DNA of 64,000 bases, taken from the NCBI RefSeq assembly GCF_006345805.1, contig NC_043006.1, positions 36,394,001-36,458,000 of the forward strand. The letters run 5' to 3'. A program made the position numbers and the translations under genes. This document shows positions 24,800 to 38,658 of the stretch, one piece after another. Each line of letters opens with the position of its first letter. Within the stretch, counting starts at the first letter, position 1. The stretch is from Octopus sinensis (taxonomy: Eukaryota). The notes beneath the pieces were generated by a model. That model made no database searches and had not been told where the DNA came from. It saw nothing but the letters and a program-made list of their open reading frames with translations.

Positions 24800-25110
24800 T
24801 AAGGTGAATGTAAGGTTGAACGGTTCGACTGGGGTCTGGGAAGCCAGGAGGCTGCACCAGGCCCAGTCTGATCTGGCAGTGTTTCTACAGCTGGATGCCC
24901 TCCCTAACGCCAACCACTCCGTGAGTGTAGTGGATGCTTTTTACGTGCCAGGCGAGGCTGGCAATGGCCACGATCGGTTGGTGCTTTTTACGTGCCACCG
25001 GCCCAGAGGCCAGTTGAGGTGGTGCTGGCAACGATCACGTTCAGATGGTTCTTTTACGTGCCACCGGCACTGGTATCACAACTACAATTTCCATTGATTT
25101 TTGATCATTT
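24800..25110 (+). mobile_element. Interspersed repeat, family C (young, CpG-rich copy)
   Basis: CTACAGCTGGATGCCCTCCCTAACGCCAACCACTCC core, followed by three TTTTACGTGCCA-led subrepeats. Confidence 0.85.
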
Positions 25111-25518
25111 TAATGATAATTTTTCTTTGTTGTGGCAGATTTTCTACAACTAGATGCCCTTCCTTTTGCCAACCTTCAACTGTTTCCAAGCAAGTTAATA
25201 TTTCCCTATGGTAATGCATGTTTTCATGGAAGATTGGAAGCAAAGGACACTACTTTCATGATCATGACAGTGACACTTGCTTATAACTATCATGCAATGT
25301 CAAGGCAAGGAGCTAATAACACACACATACAAACACATGTGATTCTTTTCAGTTTCCATCTACCAAATCCACTCACAAGGCTTTGGTTGGCCCAAGATAT
25401 TTGCCCAAAGTGCCACAAAGTGGGACTGAACCAAAAACTATTTGGTTGGGAATCCAACTTCTTACCACACAGCCAATTTTTTGGGACTGGGCACAAAGCA
25501 GATGTTGGCAAGAGAATG

Positions 25519-25820
25519 TGATAAGGTGGTTAGGGTATTCGGCTCATGATCGTAAGGTTGTGAGTTCAATTCCCAGCAACGCGTTGTGTCCTTTAGCAAG
25601 ACACTTTTTCATGTTCACTCAGCTGACAAAAATGAGTAGTACCTGTATTTCAAAGGGTCAGCCTTGTCACACTATGTGTCATACTGAATCTCCTTTAGAA
25701 CTCCGTAAAGGGTACATGTGTCTGTGGAGTGCTCAGCCACTTGCATATTAATTTCACGAGCAAGCTGTTCTGTTGATCGTATCAGCTGGGACCCTCATTG
25801 TTGTAACCAATGGAGTGCTC
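25519..25820 (+). mobile_element. tRNA-derived SINE, family F
   Basis: tRNA-like head GGTGGTTAGGGTATTCGGCTCATGATCGTAAGGTTGTGAGTTCAATTCCC, then GTGTCCTTTAGCAAGACACTT...CTCAGCTG...AAATGAGT. A related minus copy lies at about 59440-59704. Confidence 0.8.
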
Positions 25821-26065
25821 CTCACTGGTATATTTGTCACACTTCCATGTCCCGCTGCCACTACCAGTGTTTGAACTCAAGACATTGAGGGATGAAGTAA
25901 AACACTAATACATTTGATATGATGTTCCGTTATTTTTGTTGCATCATTCTCATGTAACTACAACATCAATATTTAACAGTAACAGCAACAAAAACAACAA
26001 ACAGCATTGACACTATGAACAGCAACAAGGGATCAGCTGGGCTTTATCAAAATGTAATCACTCAC

Positions 26066-26093
26066 CCATCCTATGCCACCTCCTGGTTTGAAT
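26066..26093 (-). CDS. Candidate 28-nt micro-exon
   Basis: AAGTTTCATGTTTCACCAG|ATTCAAACCAGGAGGTGGCATAGGATGG|GTGAGT has strong sites at both ends. It reads (R)FKPGGGIGW or IQTRRWHRM. Confidence 0.3.
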
Positions 26094-26245
26094 CTGGTGA
26101 AACATGAAACTTTTATTTACTTATAATAATGTTCACCGTTATTGAGGGAGAAGATTGGCTTACATTGGGTAGCTGGGTTTAGGGAGGGGTATAAACATGG
26201 AAGGTGGTGTATTGATGAAAGAGACTGTGTAGATGTGAGAAATGT

Positions 26246-26277
<32 letters not shown>

Positions 26278-28542
26278 TATGAAGACGGTGGTAAAAGAAA
26301 AGGTATGTATGCAAGGTAGATGGATATAGGCAGAGAGAGAGAGAGAAAGGTAGATCAGAAAATTTTTAAGGAATTGAGAGGATGAGAAGTGAGAAGCTAG
26401 TGAATGTATGTGTGCATACATAGGCACTTGTGTGTTGTTGAAGTGTGTATGTTGAGGCAAAAGAGTATTAAGGAAAATTAGGTATGTGTGTGTGTCTTTG
26501 GCCAATTGGTAGGGTAATCATTCTCTCTCTCTGTGCTTCAAGTTCAAATCCTACCAAGGTCAACTTTACCTTTCATCCATTTGGGGGTCAATAAATAAAG
26601 AATTGACTTCAGTCATGTACTGAGATTGATTATTCTCCTTCTCTCACTATTTCTTTTTGTGTGTCTTTGTCTTTTGAAGAAATTGGCTGTGGTTAGCCCA
26701 AGAGTTGGGTAGGTCCCCCCAGGTTTAAAATTACCAAAGATTTACTGTTGTTATAATGGTGCTCCTGCAACACTATCAAGGAGTTGAGAGCTAAAGGCAA
26801 GGTATATGTGTGTTTATACATAGACACATACACAAACTGAATTTTATTTCTTGTTTCAGGTTTCACAGTAAGAATATTGCATGCATACTCTACAACATGT
26901 ATCGAGTATTCTACTCCACTTTTATTGACAATCTAGAACATTTGAGCATTCACATATACATATAAGGTGTACATATGTATGTATACAAACTCATTTTATG
27001 CACACACATACACATAAGTATAATAGAGTTGATGATGATGAACTCTCCCATCAAGAATGTTGTATGGGTGTTTAGTTAATCATGTGAAGTGGTTGAGTAT
27101 TCCACTGACACATGTTCTCAGTGTACCCCTTAATGTGTCCATATGTACACTTAATGTACTCACTAGTACAATCAGAATTATATAGTATGACGTGTGAGAG
27201 AGAGGGGGAGGGGGAGAGAGAAAGAGTGAGATCAGTGTACCTATATGGGTAGAACATGTAGGCCAGATTCACAAAGAGTTAAGAGAATGCGAGTACATTC
27301 ATGTATGCATGTAGGACAGATTTATAGAAAAAGTAGAGAGAGAGAGAGAGTGTGTGTGTGTGTGCTAAAGATGGTATTTCTGATTAATTTTAAATGATAG
27401 CAAGAGTGTATTAAGGGTGTAACTAAACTACTTATATTATAGATCTGTTTTACTTTAGAAGTTTTGTTTTTTATGTAAACATCCTTATCCATTCATCGTT
27501 TTTATTTGTTTTTTTTCTTAAAATTTCTCTTGGGACATGTGTGAAAGAGTGTGTTGTTGTCACTGTTACTTTTGTGATTGTTCAGCTTTAGATTAGCCAT
27601 CATATCCTGTATTTTTCAAATTTTTAAGAATATTGCATAAAAGACTTCCTTGTTCAATGTGTTGTTCCTTGTTAAAGGTATGGTATGAGAGTAAATTGGC
27701 AGCTATTTCTTGTAGGCTGAGAAGTCTTGTAAAATGTCATTTCGATGGCTCATTGGTTCTCACCAATGTTGTTTATAATAGATGTGCTTCATTGGCAAGA
27801 TGCACTTTTGAAGCAAATGAGGCATAAATTGTTTACCTCAATATATTACTGGTAGTCATTTCCATCAACCCTGAAAAAGTAAAAGGCAAAATTGCCTCTA
27901 GCAAGTTTTGAACTTGAGATAATTTTAATGTTAATGCACCTCATCAGGTATGTCACTTTGCACCTATCACATCTGAAGGTCTGATTTCTTTTTTTAAAAT
28001 CACCCTAACAGATATCTCACTACATTCTTTGTATTGCACTCATTACATACTACCAAGTTCCTATCTTCTCTCATAAATATAAACCAAACCTTCTCCTCTG
28101 ATGATACTTGAGTTTCTTGTTCTGTGTCATAAACTAGTAGTTTAGGTTTTTGCTATGATGGCTTTTAAGACTTTAGCATAAACCCAAATTACATCTTATC
28201 CTAGTGAGCCAATGAGGGAGCATCTCTGTACTTACTTTACTTTGCTAGAATCATTTTATAAAAGGGTAGGAATCATTAGACCGTGCAGTAAGATAGCTCT
28301 TAAAAAGCTGAGAATATCATAGCTGGATCTACATTTGATCATAAGTCTGCTTGATTTGAACTGAACCTGAGGTTAAATAACAACCACAACACATCTAAGC
28401 TAAGTTGAAATAACTTTGCTAAAAATATCTCAAATGGTTTCATGACCTGGTCATCAGTTTGAAGTCTTTGGAATAGCCCTCTCCCTTATCCTATTTAGAC
28501 TTCTATTTGTATTCATCACTAGAGGTTGCAAATCTTTCATTC

Positions 28543-28543
<1 letters not shown>

Positions 28544-28580
<37 letters not shown>
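28544..28580. repeat. (ATT)n microsatellite
   Basis: Direct inspection. Confidence 0.95.
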
Positions 28581-28581
<1 letters not shown>

Positions 28582-29167
28582 ATTTTTTTTTTTTTTAATT
28601 GATCAAGCAGCATATAATAAACATCCTCTACATTTAAGCAGTGTTGAACTGATGAGGGAGCCTCTATCTGGTTGCTTGACTTGGGAGAAATACTAACCAA
28701 ATCTTCCAAACTTCTTACCGTTTAAAAACTGAATGGACATGTTATTGAAAAATGGTTAAGTAATAGCTGTGGCTTGAATATTTTTATTACAGATGTACAC
28801 CAATGCATTTTAAAGTAAGGAATACTTCCTCCTGGGTGAGTAGGAGGTCATCTGTTAACTCACATGAAGGCAGAGAAATCAATACGTGTGTGTGTATGTA
28901 TGTGTGTGTGAACATATAGGAAATGCAGTTATAAATTGTAATATAAAGATAAATTTCAACTGGTAAGCTACAAGGTTTATATGAAGCACAAAGAATACAT
29001 AACTGGGTTGGGCTGAAGTCAAATGCTAAGGGTTGGGTCAATAATTAAGTTCAAATGGTGATGCATTAAATATTCACTTTATGGTAGTACTGTAGAAGGT
29101 AGTCTTTTGTGTTGTACTTATACCAGAACTAAATTACTCTGGTCTGATATGTGTTTGTATATTAAAA

Positions 29168-29668
29168 ATGGGAGAAGTGAAACCCTCAACTTTGAATAGT
29201 GCTTGGAAAAATAATTGGCTACACTGTATCCATGACTTTACAAGTTTTCCACAAGCAGAAAGTCTACTTTAATTTCAGAAAGCTATTGACGTATGCAAAT
29301 GATGTAGGATAGAAAATGGTATGATTGAGCTGGTAGTGTTCCATGAAGTTTATCGTGCAAGGACCTGATGCTGTTAGAACAAGAGCCAGCTGAGAATACA
29401 GATGAGAATATGGAAATTCTACCATATCCACTTAAAATAACTGCAAGGAGTATTGCTAAAAGGTTAGCACTTATAGAGGAAGATCTGCAAATTTTTTTTT
29501 GTTATTGTTGTTAACAACCATAATCATGAAAGTAACATAATAATTACAAGAGGAGTTAACGAGCTCAGCTCCTACATTGAGCTGTACAAAGAGACAGTGT
29601 GCCATAAACTTCAAACAATTTTGGATGAGCTCTTTACCCCTCAAGTAGATGTTGATGATGAACTATAA
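29168..29668 (+). mobile_element. Tigger/pogo-like transposase C-terminal remnant
   Basis: GEVKPSTLNSAWKNNWLHCIHDFTSF (compare WxEVKxSTLNxxWKKLWPxCVxDFxGF) and SYIELYKETVCHKLQTILDELF (compare YxEIYxEK...QTxLDxFF). Broken by stops and frameshifts. Confidence 0.65.
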
Positions 29669-30307
29669 GATAGAAGATAGTATCTCTTATCCTCTAAGTA
29701 ACTCTCATTCCACCACCACAATCCCTCACACAGTAGTCAACATGTTTTATGGTAAGAGCGTATTCTATCACAATATTATGATTCTTATTTGTACCCTAAT
29801 ATATTTCTCTTCAAATGTTTTTATGTATATATATTGTACTACATACGTGTAGGTATTGTTATATTCGTGAATAAAAATAGTCATGTTGCTGGCTTTTTCA
29901 TTGTTTTTTTATGTATGTGTGTGTGTCTGTGTTTTTTTCTTTTTCTTTTTTTTTTGGTGAGGGTTGCTGAGAATTCATTGGAACACATTATCACTGTATA
30001 TCATGAAATTCAATGGGAAAATTAATTTCATGTTATGGGATTTTGCATTATGACAAGTTTTTCAGGAATGCATTAATTCCATAATGCAGGACAGGGGAAT
30101 TTTCTTGTGTGTGTATACACAAGTGCACGCGCACACACACACACACACATACACACACACTTACTTACTTACTTACTTACTTACTTTTCTGCTGTTATCT
30201 TTGCTATCTTTGAAGAAAAAAATAAAGTACATGTGTGTGAAAGAGAGGAAAGCAAAAGGAATATGTGATCTTAAGAAAAAGTGACCATAAGAATGAGTGT
30301 GTCAACT

Positions 30308-30311
<4 letters not shown>

Positions 30312-30351
<40 letters not shown>
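30312..30351. repeat. (GA)n microsatellite
   Basis: Direct inspection. Confidence 0.95.
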
Positions 30352-30352
<1 letters not shown>

Positions 30353-31424
30353 AATGGAGAAAGAGAACATTTGATAGAAAGTTGTTTATAGAGGTTGGTA
30401 AAAATATGTAGGTCTATTCCCTGTGGTTACTAGTTTAATATTCTGTTTTATACTTTTACTCTCTGTCTGTATGTGAATGATTCTGTGTTTGTGAATATAA
30501 ATGTGTAAGTGTATATACATACGTTTATATGTGTGTTATATATATCTTTGTGTTGTGAAGTCGATTCAGATGAAGCAGCCTACAATCAGAGCCATTCCAG
30601 TCTTAACATCCTGTCTTTTAGGAATGCATAGAGCTACATTATTTTCTTTACTATATTTTCCCCCTCATTTGGAGAAGTAGTGCAGTTTGATGGAGGTTTA
30701 GCAGTTATTTCTAGCATATTGAGCAGCCATTTAGAGGCTCTATCATTGACCTGTATATAGTTCTTAGGAGTGTGTAGTTGTGTGTAGATATGTATGCATC
30801 TATGTGTCCATACGTGTAAAATATATTTGTAAATGTATGTATATAAATATAAACGACACAATTATTTCAATGTCGATGCCCCAGCATGGCCGCAGTCTCT
30901 GGCTGAAATCATTAAAAATGATAAAATAAAGAATATATATGTGCCTACATAAATTTGAATTTATAATTTTTCTTCCATTTCTTTTCCTTCAATTTTTTTC
31001 TAATTTTTCTATTTCTTTTTCTTTTATCTTTCTTCACCCTCTCTTTCTTCATCCTTTTAGACTTTTTTCATTCATTTATTCTTTCTTCTTGTCATTGCAT
31101 TGAGGCACTCGCCCATCATTTATCTTCCTTCCCTTCTCCCCCTTCTATATATCTTTACTCTATTAGCCTTGTTAATTCACCGGCACGGTTCCTTAACCAT
31201 ATAGTCTCTCTTTCTCCACCAGTAGCAAAACGGCTAAATTGATGGATTGACCGACCGGACTGAAACATATAGTCCTGCTTGGCTTAATTCTCTGATTATC
31301 AGCTGCATTCTTCCATTGCACTACTTCCTACTGTCTCTTCCTTTTCTATTTTCTCTCTTGACACATGTTGGAATGGCAAAGCCCCTTCCATTGCTTGCAC
31401 CAGTGCTATCACCACAACCACCAC

Positions 31425-31690
31425 TCCACCCCCACTACCATCACCATTACCACCTCTGCAACTATCATCATTGCCAGTACCAGCACTAACCAGCATAATT
31501 ACTAAAATACCATCACAACTTTATCAACTAGCATTACTACTGCTACACTGTCACTACCACCTCCACCACTACAACAATCACCACCAACAGCATCAAACCA
31601 TCGCCATCACCACCACTGCATTCAGCCAACACCACTACAGCTAAAACCACCACCACCTCTATCATTGTCACCTGCCACCACCACCACTAT
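31425..31690. repeat. Degenerate (ACC/ACT/ATC) trinucleotide low-complexity tract
   Basis: CAC/TAC/CAT-rich cryptic repeat. The same type occurs at 1-130 and, reverse-complemented, at about 41920-42252. Confidence 0.8.
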
Positions 31691-33030
31691 TACTGATCTC
31701 TTGTCAAATTTTGAGCTGCTTCCTATTTCTCCCTAGAGCCTTCAGCTTAAAGATTTTTAGGTTTGGCGTGTGTGTGTGTATGGTAAATGAGTGAGATTAT
31801 AGGGGGACATGTTTCCATGTGTCTATGTATGTGTTTTAGTGGGATATGCTTAAAGATTGGGACATGGTTTAGCTATGTGCCTTGGTGTAGGAGAGAGGGA
31901 GAGTGAGAGGAGAGTGAGAAAGAGGGAGAGAGGATGTGGAAAAAAGGAACAGGTGTGAAAGAGATTATGTATGCATGCAAGGGAGAGCAAAATAGAGTAA
32001 GGGAGGGTAGTTGTATGAATGAAAAGAGGAAGAGATTATATATGCTGAGGAGAAAATCCAGCTTGAGAGAGCGGATGAGGTGAGTGTGTGTGAGTGAGAC
32101 AGACAGAGAAAATTGTGCATCTGGGAATGTGTGTTTTCATATTTATGCTCATGTGTTAAATAATTATTCTTTGTGTATGTGTTTGTGCCTAGTTGGTGTA
32201 TGATTGTATGCATTGATGTGGGTGTTATTGCCCAGAGGTGGGCAACCGTGCAGTCATACAGACAGGTTTGCCAACCACCTTTTGAGTTCATTTATAACAG
32301 ATGACTAACAACCTGCTGTAAAACATCTGACAAACTTCTGCAATGACTCATCGATGTAAGTTCTAATAACTGTGACTGCAGTTTATGGCACAGGTGCATG
32401 CTCACATGCATTTGGAATTTACTGCTTCAAGCAAGAATTCTGTCATTCATTCTTCTCACTTGTGGAATTGGAAATATTTGTGTTGAAGAATTTCAATAAT
32501 TAATATTGAGAAGGTGGTGAGTTGGCATAAATGGTAGAATACTGGACAGAATTGCTTTGCAGTACTGAGTGTCAGAGTTGTAGATTGCTAGAATGTGTAG
32601 AATGATAGACATAATAGCTTGAATTATTTAGTTTTATTTCAAGTTCAAATCCTAAAGAGATTAACTTGACTGTGTGCTTTTCATGGTCTGTAAAATAAGT
32701 ACCTGTAACCTACTGAAGTCAAGACAATCCACTCTTCTCTCCCACTAAACTTTCTGGCTATGTGGAAATGTTAGATATACTTATGTAGTGTCAGGGTAGT
32801 GGACAGTCAAAATAAGAAGAATTGTTGTAGACAGGATGCCTTTCATTCTTTACTTGTATTCCTCTTTGTTCTACACTTGAATCCTGCTGAGGTTGACTTT
32901 ATCTTTCATTCATTCTGGAGTACATACAATCTAGTACTAATTAAATTAAATAGTCAGTATAATTGTTGCTTCTCCTTTAAAACATGTGGCAATGTGACTG
33001 TATTAGAATTACACAGCCAAAAAACTGTTT

Positions 33031-33256
33031 CAAATTTTGACACAATGCCAGCAATTTTAGAATGGGAGCTGGGTGAAATATGTGAGTTGATTACATCTAC
33101 CCTAGTGTTTGACTGGTACTTTATTTTATCAACCCCAAAAGGATGGAAGGTGTTATTGACCTTGGTAGAATTTGAGCTCAGAACATAAAGAGCCAGAATA
33201 AATACTGTTAAGCATTTTATTTCATGTGCTAAAAATTCTGCCAGCTTCCTGCCTTA
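33031..33256 (-). mobile_element. tRNA-derived SINE, family A
   Basis: Reverse complement of the family A head, core and tail (CTGGTACTTTATTTTATCAACCCCAAAAGGATGGAAGG...GAATTTGAGCTCAGAAC). Confidence 0.8.
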
Positions 33257-34126
33257 CACCCAAAGAAGTAATAAACACATATTTAATGGGGTTGATTCAT
33301 GTTGACTATTATATTGTTGTTGCTATGTAACACATGGGAATGACATTGAGTCATTGTTCAGTAAAGGATCAGACAAATGTCTTATGACATTTAGTTACAT
33401 TTCTTTATATTCTGAACATAATTCCCTCCTTTCATTGGTAAGAAGTCTGAAATAGAATACCAGTCAATTACTGGGGTCAATTTAATCAAGTGTTCTATCT
33501 CCCAAAATATCTATCTTAGGCCTATGCTAGAAACCATTATCCCTATTCCTACCTACCACATCTTATTTTAAGTTCAAATCCTGCACTGGCTGAGTGGGCT
33601 TTTTCACCTACCCAGAGCTAACAAGATAGATATGTCCTTCAGCTTGATTCACTAAATTATACTGTTATTCAATAACAGTAGGGAGAAGCAGTGTTATTAT
33701 TGTTGCTTAGCCACAAGTTAGCTCTATGATCAAAAGGCTTTATTGTTGAAACCACTAAATCATATTTTCAGGAATAGTATATCTAGAACTACATTATTCA
33801 ATGTATGTTTCCCATTTTTTAAAACAGAAGGGTATGATTTTAGAGTGATTTGTCTGCTATTTCTAGTATGTAGAGCAACCATATAGATAGAAGCTTCTTC
33901 ATGTGTTTATGGAGTGACAGTGAGGTTGTTATTGTTGTTGCTGTGGGGTAACCCTGACCAAATTTACTTTAATAGACATGTTTGTAGCATGCTGTTCTCA
34001 GATGTAAGAACTTCAGAAATGTAATAACCAACCGTAAAGAGTTTGCTAAAAGAGATTTGGTCGTTACTTTAATCTGGTCAAGCAATTATATACAGAACTC
34101 CCCTACTGACTTGTATTTTCCTTGCT

Positions 34127-34680
34127 ATTCAGTGCCGACAATTCAGCGCCAACAATTCAAACACTAGATAACTCAGTGCATAGACAATTCAGCACATGTA
34201 ATATATGTAATTTATTATTCCATTATTATCAGTGTTGGTTGTATATCTAAAACACATGCACATGCAAATGCAGCAGTCATAGAATAGATTAACTAGACAT
34301 AAACAAAAAGCATACATATACATGAAACAAACACTTGCAAAAAAGTATGAACATACATACACACGCGCTTATACGAAACAATAACTACACCTTTTGAATA
34401 TCCTATGAAAATTTAACTAGCTAGCTACTGGATCAAAGAATGTAATTTAGCATTTTTAATTCTTATTGTATTTTTTATCATTACATGTTTTTAAATAAAT
34501 AATTGGATTTTTTTTCCTCTTTTTTTTTATCTCAAAAATAACCTTTACCTAAGTTCAATAAGATGCTCTACACTGAATTGTCTATGCGCTGAATGGTCTA
34601 TGTGCTGAATAGTCTATTCGCTGAATGGTCTATCCACTGAATGGTCTATGCACTGAATTGTCAGGCACTCAATTGTCGAA
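34127..34680. mobile_element. Foldback/MITE-like element with terminal inverted arrays of 15-16-bp subrepeats
   Basis: The right arm 34571-34680 has five (C/T)RCTGAATDGTCTATN 16-mers plus two degenerate units. The left arm 34127-34196 (GACAATTCAGCG, ATAGACAATTCAGCAC) is the inverted form. Confidence 0.7.
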
Positions 34681-35218
34681 TCATGCTTTAAATTGTCCTG
34701 GGTTACTCTGATTGAGTAGAACCTTCCTGCATTTGTAACTGGATAAAGGAATATTTGATCAGTATTTTTGAACAATATCTCATCTCAGTTAAGTGTTGAG
34801 GAGAGGGTGTAGAAGAAAAATTTGAAAAAATTTGGCTATAACACTGAACATATTGAATGACCATGTAGAGTTTCTGAGATTCTCTTGTTGATTTGTTTAG
34901 TACTTTGTCAAAACACACACACACAAACACACACATATAATTTTCTTTAGACAATAGTCAACTACACTCCATCTCTTTTTCTCTCTCTATACCAAACTAT
35001 ATTTAAAGAAGAGTTCAACGAAAATACTCCAGACATGTTAAGAAGATAAACTGTTTGCACTTCAAATTTTTACTATTTAATAAGATGAGATTCATCATCG
35101 AAACCAGTAACATTCTATATTTTCTTTGTGATTTTAAAATCATTTTATTAAATTCCTTCTAAATTAAAATGTCATAGATTTACTTCTGTGCTATTTCCAC
35201 CTTATACACACACACACA

Positions 35219-35282
35219 CACATACATACATACATACATACATACATACATACATACATACATACATACATACATACATACT

Positions 35283-35300
<18 letters not shown>
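35219..35300. repeat. (TACA)n tetranucleotide microsatellite
   Basis: Direct inspection. Confidence 0.95.
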
Positions 35301-35316
<16 letters not shown>

Positions 35317-35541
35317 GTGTGCATGCACACACACACACACACACACATATTTAGGAGCATGGTATTAAAAGCTTGAGGAAGTTCACATCCCATGAAGAGG
35401 ACATGGGTCTGCAGCAGGTTTCTTTCTTTTTTCTTTTTTTCCAGTTTTACTAGCTGGAGAATTTGAAATCACATTGAGTGTATGTATCTATGCATTCAAC
35501 TATCTAATATCTATCCATTCATACACACACACACACACACA

Positions 35542-35616
<75 letters not shown>

Positions 35617-35636
35617 ATACAATATGTGTGTGTTTG

Positions 35637-35668
<32 letters not shown>

Positions 35669-35799
35669 TCACAACATATCTTGAGTACTTTTTTTCTTTT
35701 TGCTTGCCCAAATGTATATTTATTCATAACTGAGTCTGCATGAGGATGGAAGACAAGAAACTGCAAGTGGTGACTCATACGGAAATTTAGTTTCGAAAG

Positions 35800-35855
<56 letters not shown>

Positions 35856-36578
35856 AATAAAAACATTTTGTAGAGTTTACATATACATATATAAACACAC
35901 GCATGTGTGCACATACTATGTATGTATACAAATGTGCCTACATTTTGAGCTTTCCTTCTGTTTTTATTTATTTATTTTTTAGTGCCTGCTTGATTTATTT
36001 CTGAATGTCAACATGTAGCTATGGGGATTCTTCACCTACCTCTTTTAGACACACTTGTCAGGGTTTTGGTAATAAATCTTTCAGTGCAGCAACAGAGAAT
36101 GAATATTGCGTATAAAAAAAAAAAGCAGCAAATGGAATGGAAACTGTACAGCTCAGTTAGCTTTATCTCCTCCTCTTCCTCCACTCCCACCACCACTGTT
36201 TTCTTCTAACAGGTCCCTTGTGCACATTAAGAGAGTAATCACCACCAGGTTATATACAAATTATTTTTTATGTTATTTTACTTTGTTGTTTTGTTTCTAT
36301 TTAGCAGTTTGTCTATATCAATATGTATCTATCTCATTAGCTATCCATCCATCTATCTGTCTGTCTGACCCATGCAAGCATGAGAAAGTGAAGGTAAAAA
36401 ATGACAACAATGATACATGTAGTAGAGCTGAAATTATTCAGTGTTACTACATGCAAAACCCTGGGTAGTAACTGAAATTAACCTCAGCTTTATAATGAAT
36501 GTTCACTTTTATAGAGAATAATTTATTCCTCTGGTTTGTAAACTCAGACGCGCATGCGTACACACACACACACACACA

Positions 36579-36625
<47 letters not shown>

Positions 36626-38104
36626 CTCTCTCTCTCTCTCTCTCTCCACATATCTGTTTGTTTGTCTGTCAGACTTACTGTCTGCTTGTCTTACTCTGCA
36701 TGGATCTATTAAGTGTGTTTATGTTATCTTCCATTTTAAATTATTTGAATTCTTACTATAAAGGATTTGGTTTCAAACAAAGAATCAAAGCTCCAACTTT
36801 GGAATTTAGCTAATGACAACAGTAACGAGTTAGACATTGAATTTTAGAAGAGTTTTGTTTATTTCTCTGCTTCACTAACATATTGTATTTGCTTTCTTTC
36901 TTTGCCTGAAAGCTTCTGTTTTCAAGCCTGTCACTTGAACATTTAGTAACATAGCCAAATCACCAATAATCAAAAGTATAACTGTGAATCTACAGTCAGT
37001 GTAGAGAAACACTTGTCTATATATATCATCTTCTTCTGTGAGTTTTGAAAGAAATGTCAACATCTGCAGGGAAGCTTATTTCTATATCTATCTTGTACTT
37101 GCTTCAGTCATTAGACTATGACCATGCTGGGGTGCCACTTTGAACAGTCAACTCCAGTATTACTTTTTAAGCCTGGTAATTATTTTATCATCCTAATGCC
37201 AAACTACTAAGTTATGGGAGACATAAACAAACCATCACAAGTTGTCAAGCATAAGGGTGATAGGGACAAACACACACACATATATACATGCATACATACA
37301 GGTATATATCATCACTATCAACATCGTTTAACATCCATCTCCCATTCTAGCAATGGTGGGACGGTGCCACAAGAGCTGGCCAGCCCAAAGCCTGTGCCAG
37401 GTTTCTGTGACTGTTTTGGCAGAATTTTTACAGCTGGATGCCCTTCCTAACACCAACCACTCAGCAGAGTGGACTTAGTGCTTTTTACGTGGCACAAGCA
37501 CAGGCGAGGTATATATCTATACACACACACACACGATAGCCTTCCACACAGTTTCTGTCTATAACTGCACATAATTTTTTTTGTCAGTCTTAACAACATT
37601 ATGAGTTCTTTTAGGTTTTGGCAGAATTTTCTCGAGGATGTTCCATTAATATTGGTTCCATTGAAATGTATCTACATATTAAACAACACACAAGCCTGTA
37701 TGTACATATATTACATTGCATGCATGCATGTATACATAATATGTGCAGTTCTATAACTGTGTTTGTATCTCTATTTTTATGTATGTCTATATTTTAATGT
37801 GTAACAGAATAGAATCTAACTGTTGAAGGCACCATATTACTAGGTTGTGATCTTAAACAGGTGAACATTTATCTCACAAACTTCCACATAATCAGCATCT
37901 ATTCAGTTTCACTTACAAGATTTGAGTCTGCTAGGAATTATTTTTGTTATACTTCACAGTTATTCTGTTGATTATTGGTGTTAGTAATTCTCAATCAAAG
38001 TTTTTATATTATATATGTGAGATCATACCTTACTTGTAGTTAGTATACAAAACACTTTTCTATATTTCCTGATAGCAATATTGTTGGTATTCATAATCAG
38101 TGTC

Positions 38105-38612
38105 ACTACATTTGTCATCATCATCATCAATGTCCTCTTTCCATGCTGGCATGGATTGGACAGTTTGACTGAAAACTGATAAGCCAAGGGCTGCATCAGG
38201 TTCCAATCTGATTTGGCAAGGTTTCTACAGCTTGATGCCTTTCCTAACACCAAGCACCCCAAGAGTGTTGTTAGTGCTGTTTACGTGCCACTGATACAGG
38301 TGCCATTGACCTGACACCAGCATCGACCACAACTACGATCTAATTTGGCTTAACAGGTCAACACAAGCCTGGTATATTGCCATGAGGCCAAATGCTCGAA
38401 TGTTGCTTTTTACATGCCACCAGCACAGGTGCCAGTCAGACAGCACTGGCATCGGCCATGACTACAATTTCACTCAGTTCAACAGGTCTTGACAAGTACA
38501 GCATATCGCCCAACAATTGAAGGGTGCTTTTAATAGACCAGTTACTTGACACTGGCATTGACCACAACTACAATCTCACTCAGATTGACATCACTGCCTT
38601 CATGAGGCCCAA

Positions 38613-38615
<3 letters not shown>
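38105..38615 (+). mobile_element. Interspersed repeat, family C (long copy with internal tandem subunits)
   Basis: (CAT)n head and family C core. The CACTGGCATYGRCCAYRACTACAAT-type motif recurs three times. Confidence 0.75.

Positions 38616-38658
<43 letters not shown>

Noticed and set aside
24795-25097. 100-aa ORF with FLQLDALPNANHS, recurring at 55091-55384 and 8330-8890
   Set aside because: It is a translation of the multi-copy family C repeat core, not a gene family.
25519-25575. tRNA-like sequence with A and B boxes
   Set aside because: No complete cloverleaf or acceptor stem; it continues into a SINE body. The same applies to all family A, B and F heads.
34571-34680. Regular short repeats considered as a CRISPR-like array
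   Set aside because: The units are contiguous with no unique spacers, the context is eukaryotic, and there are no cas genes.
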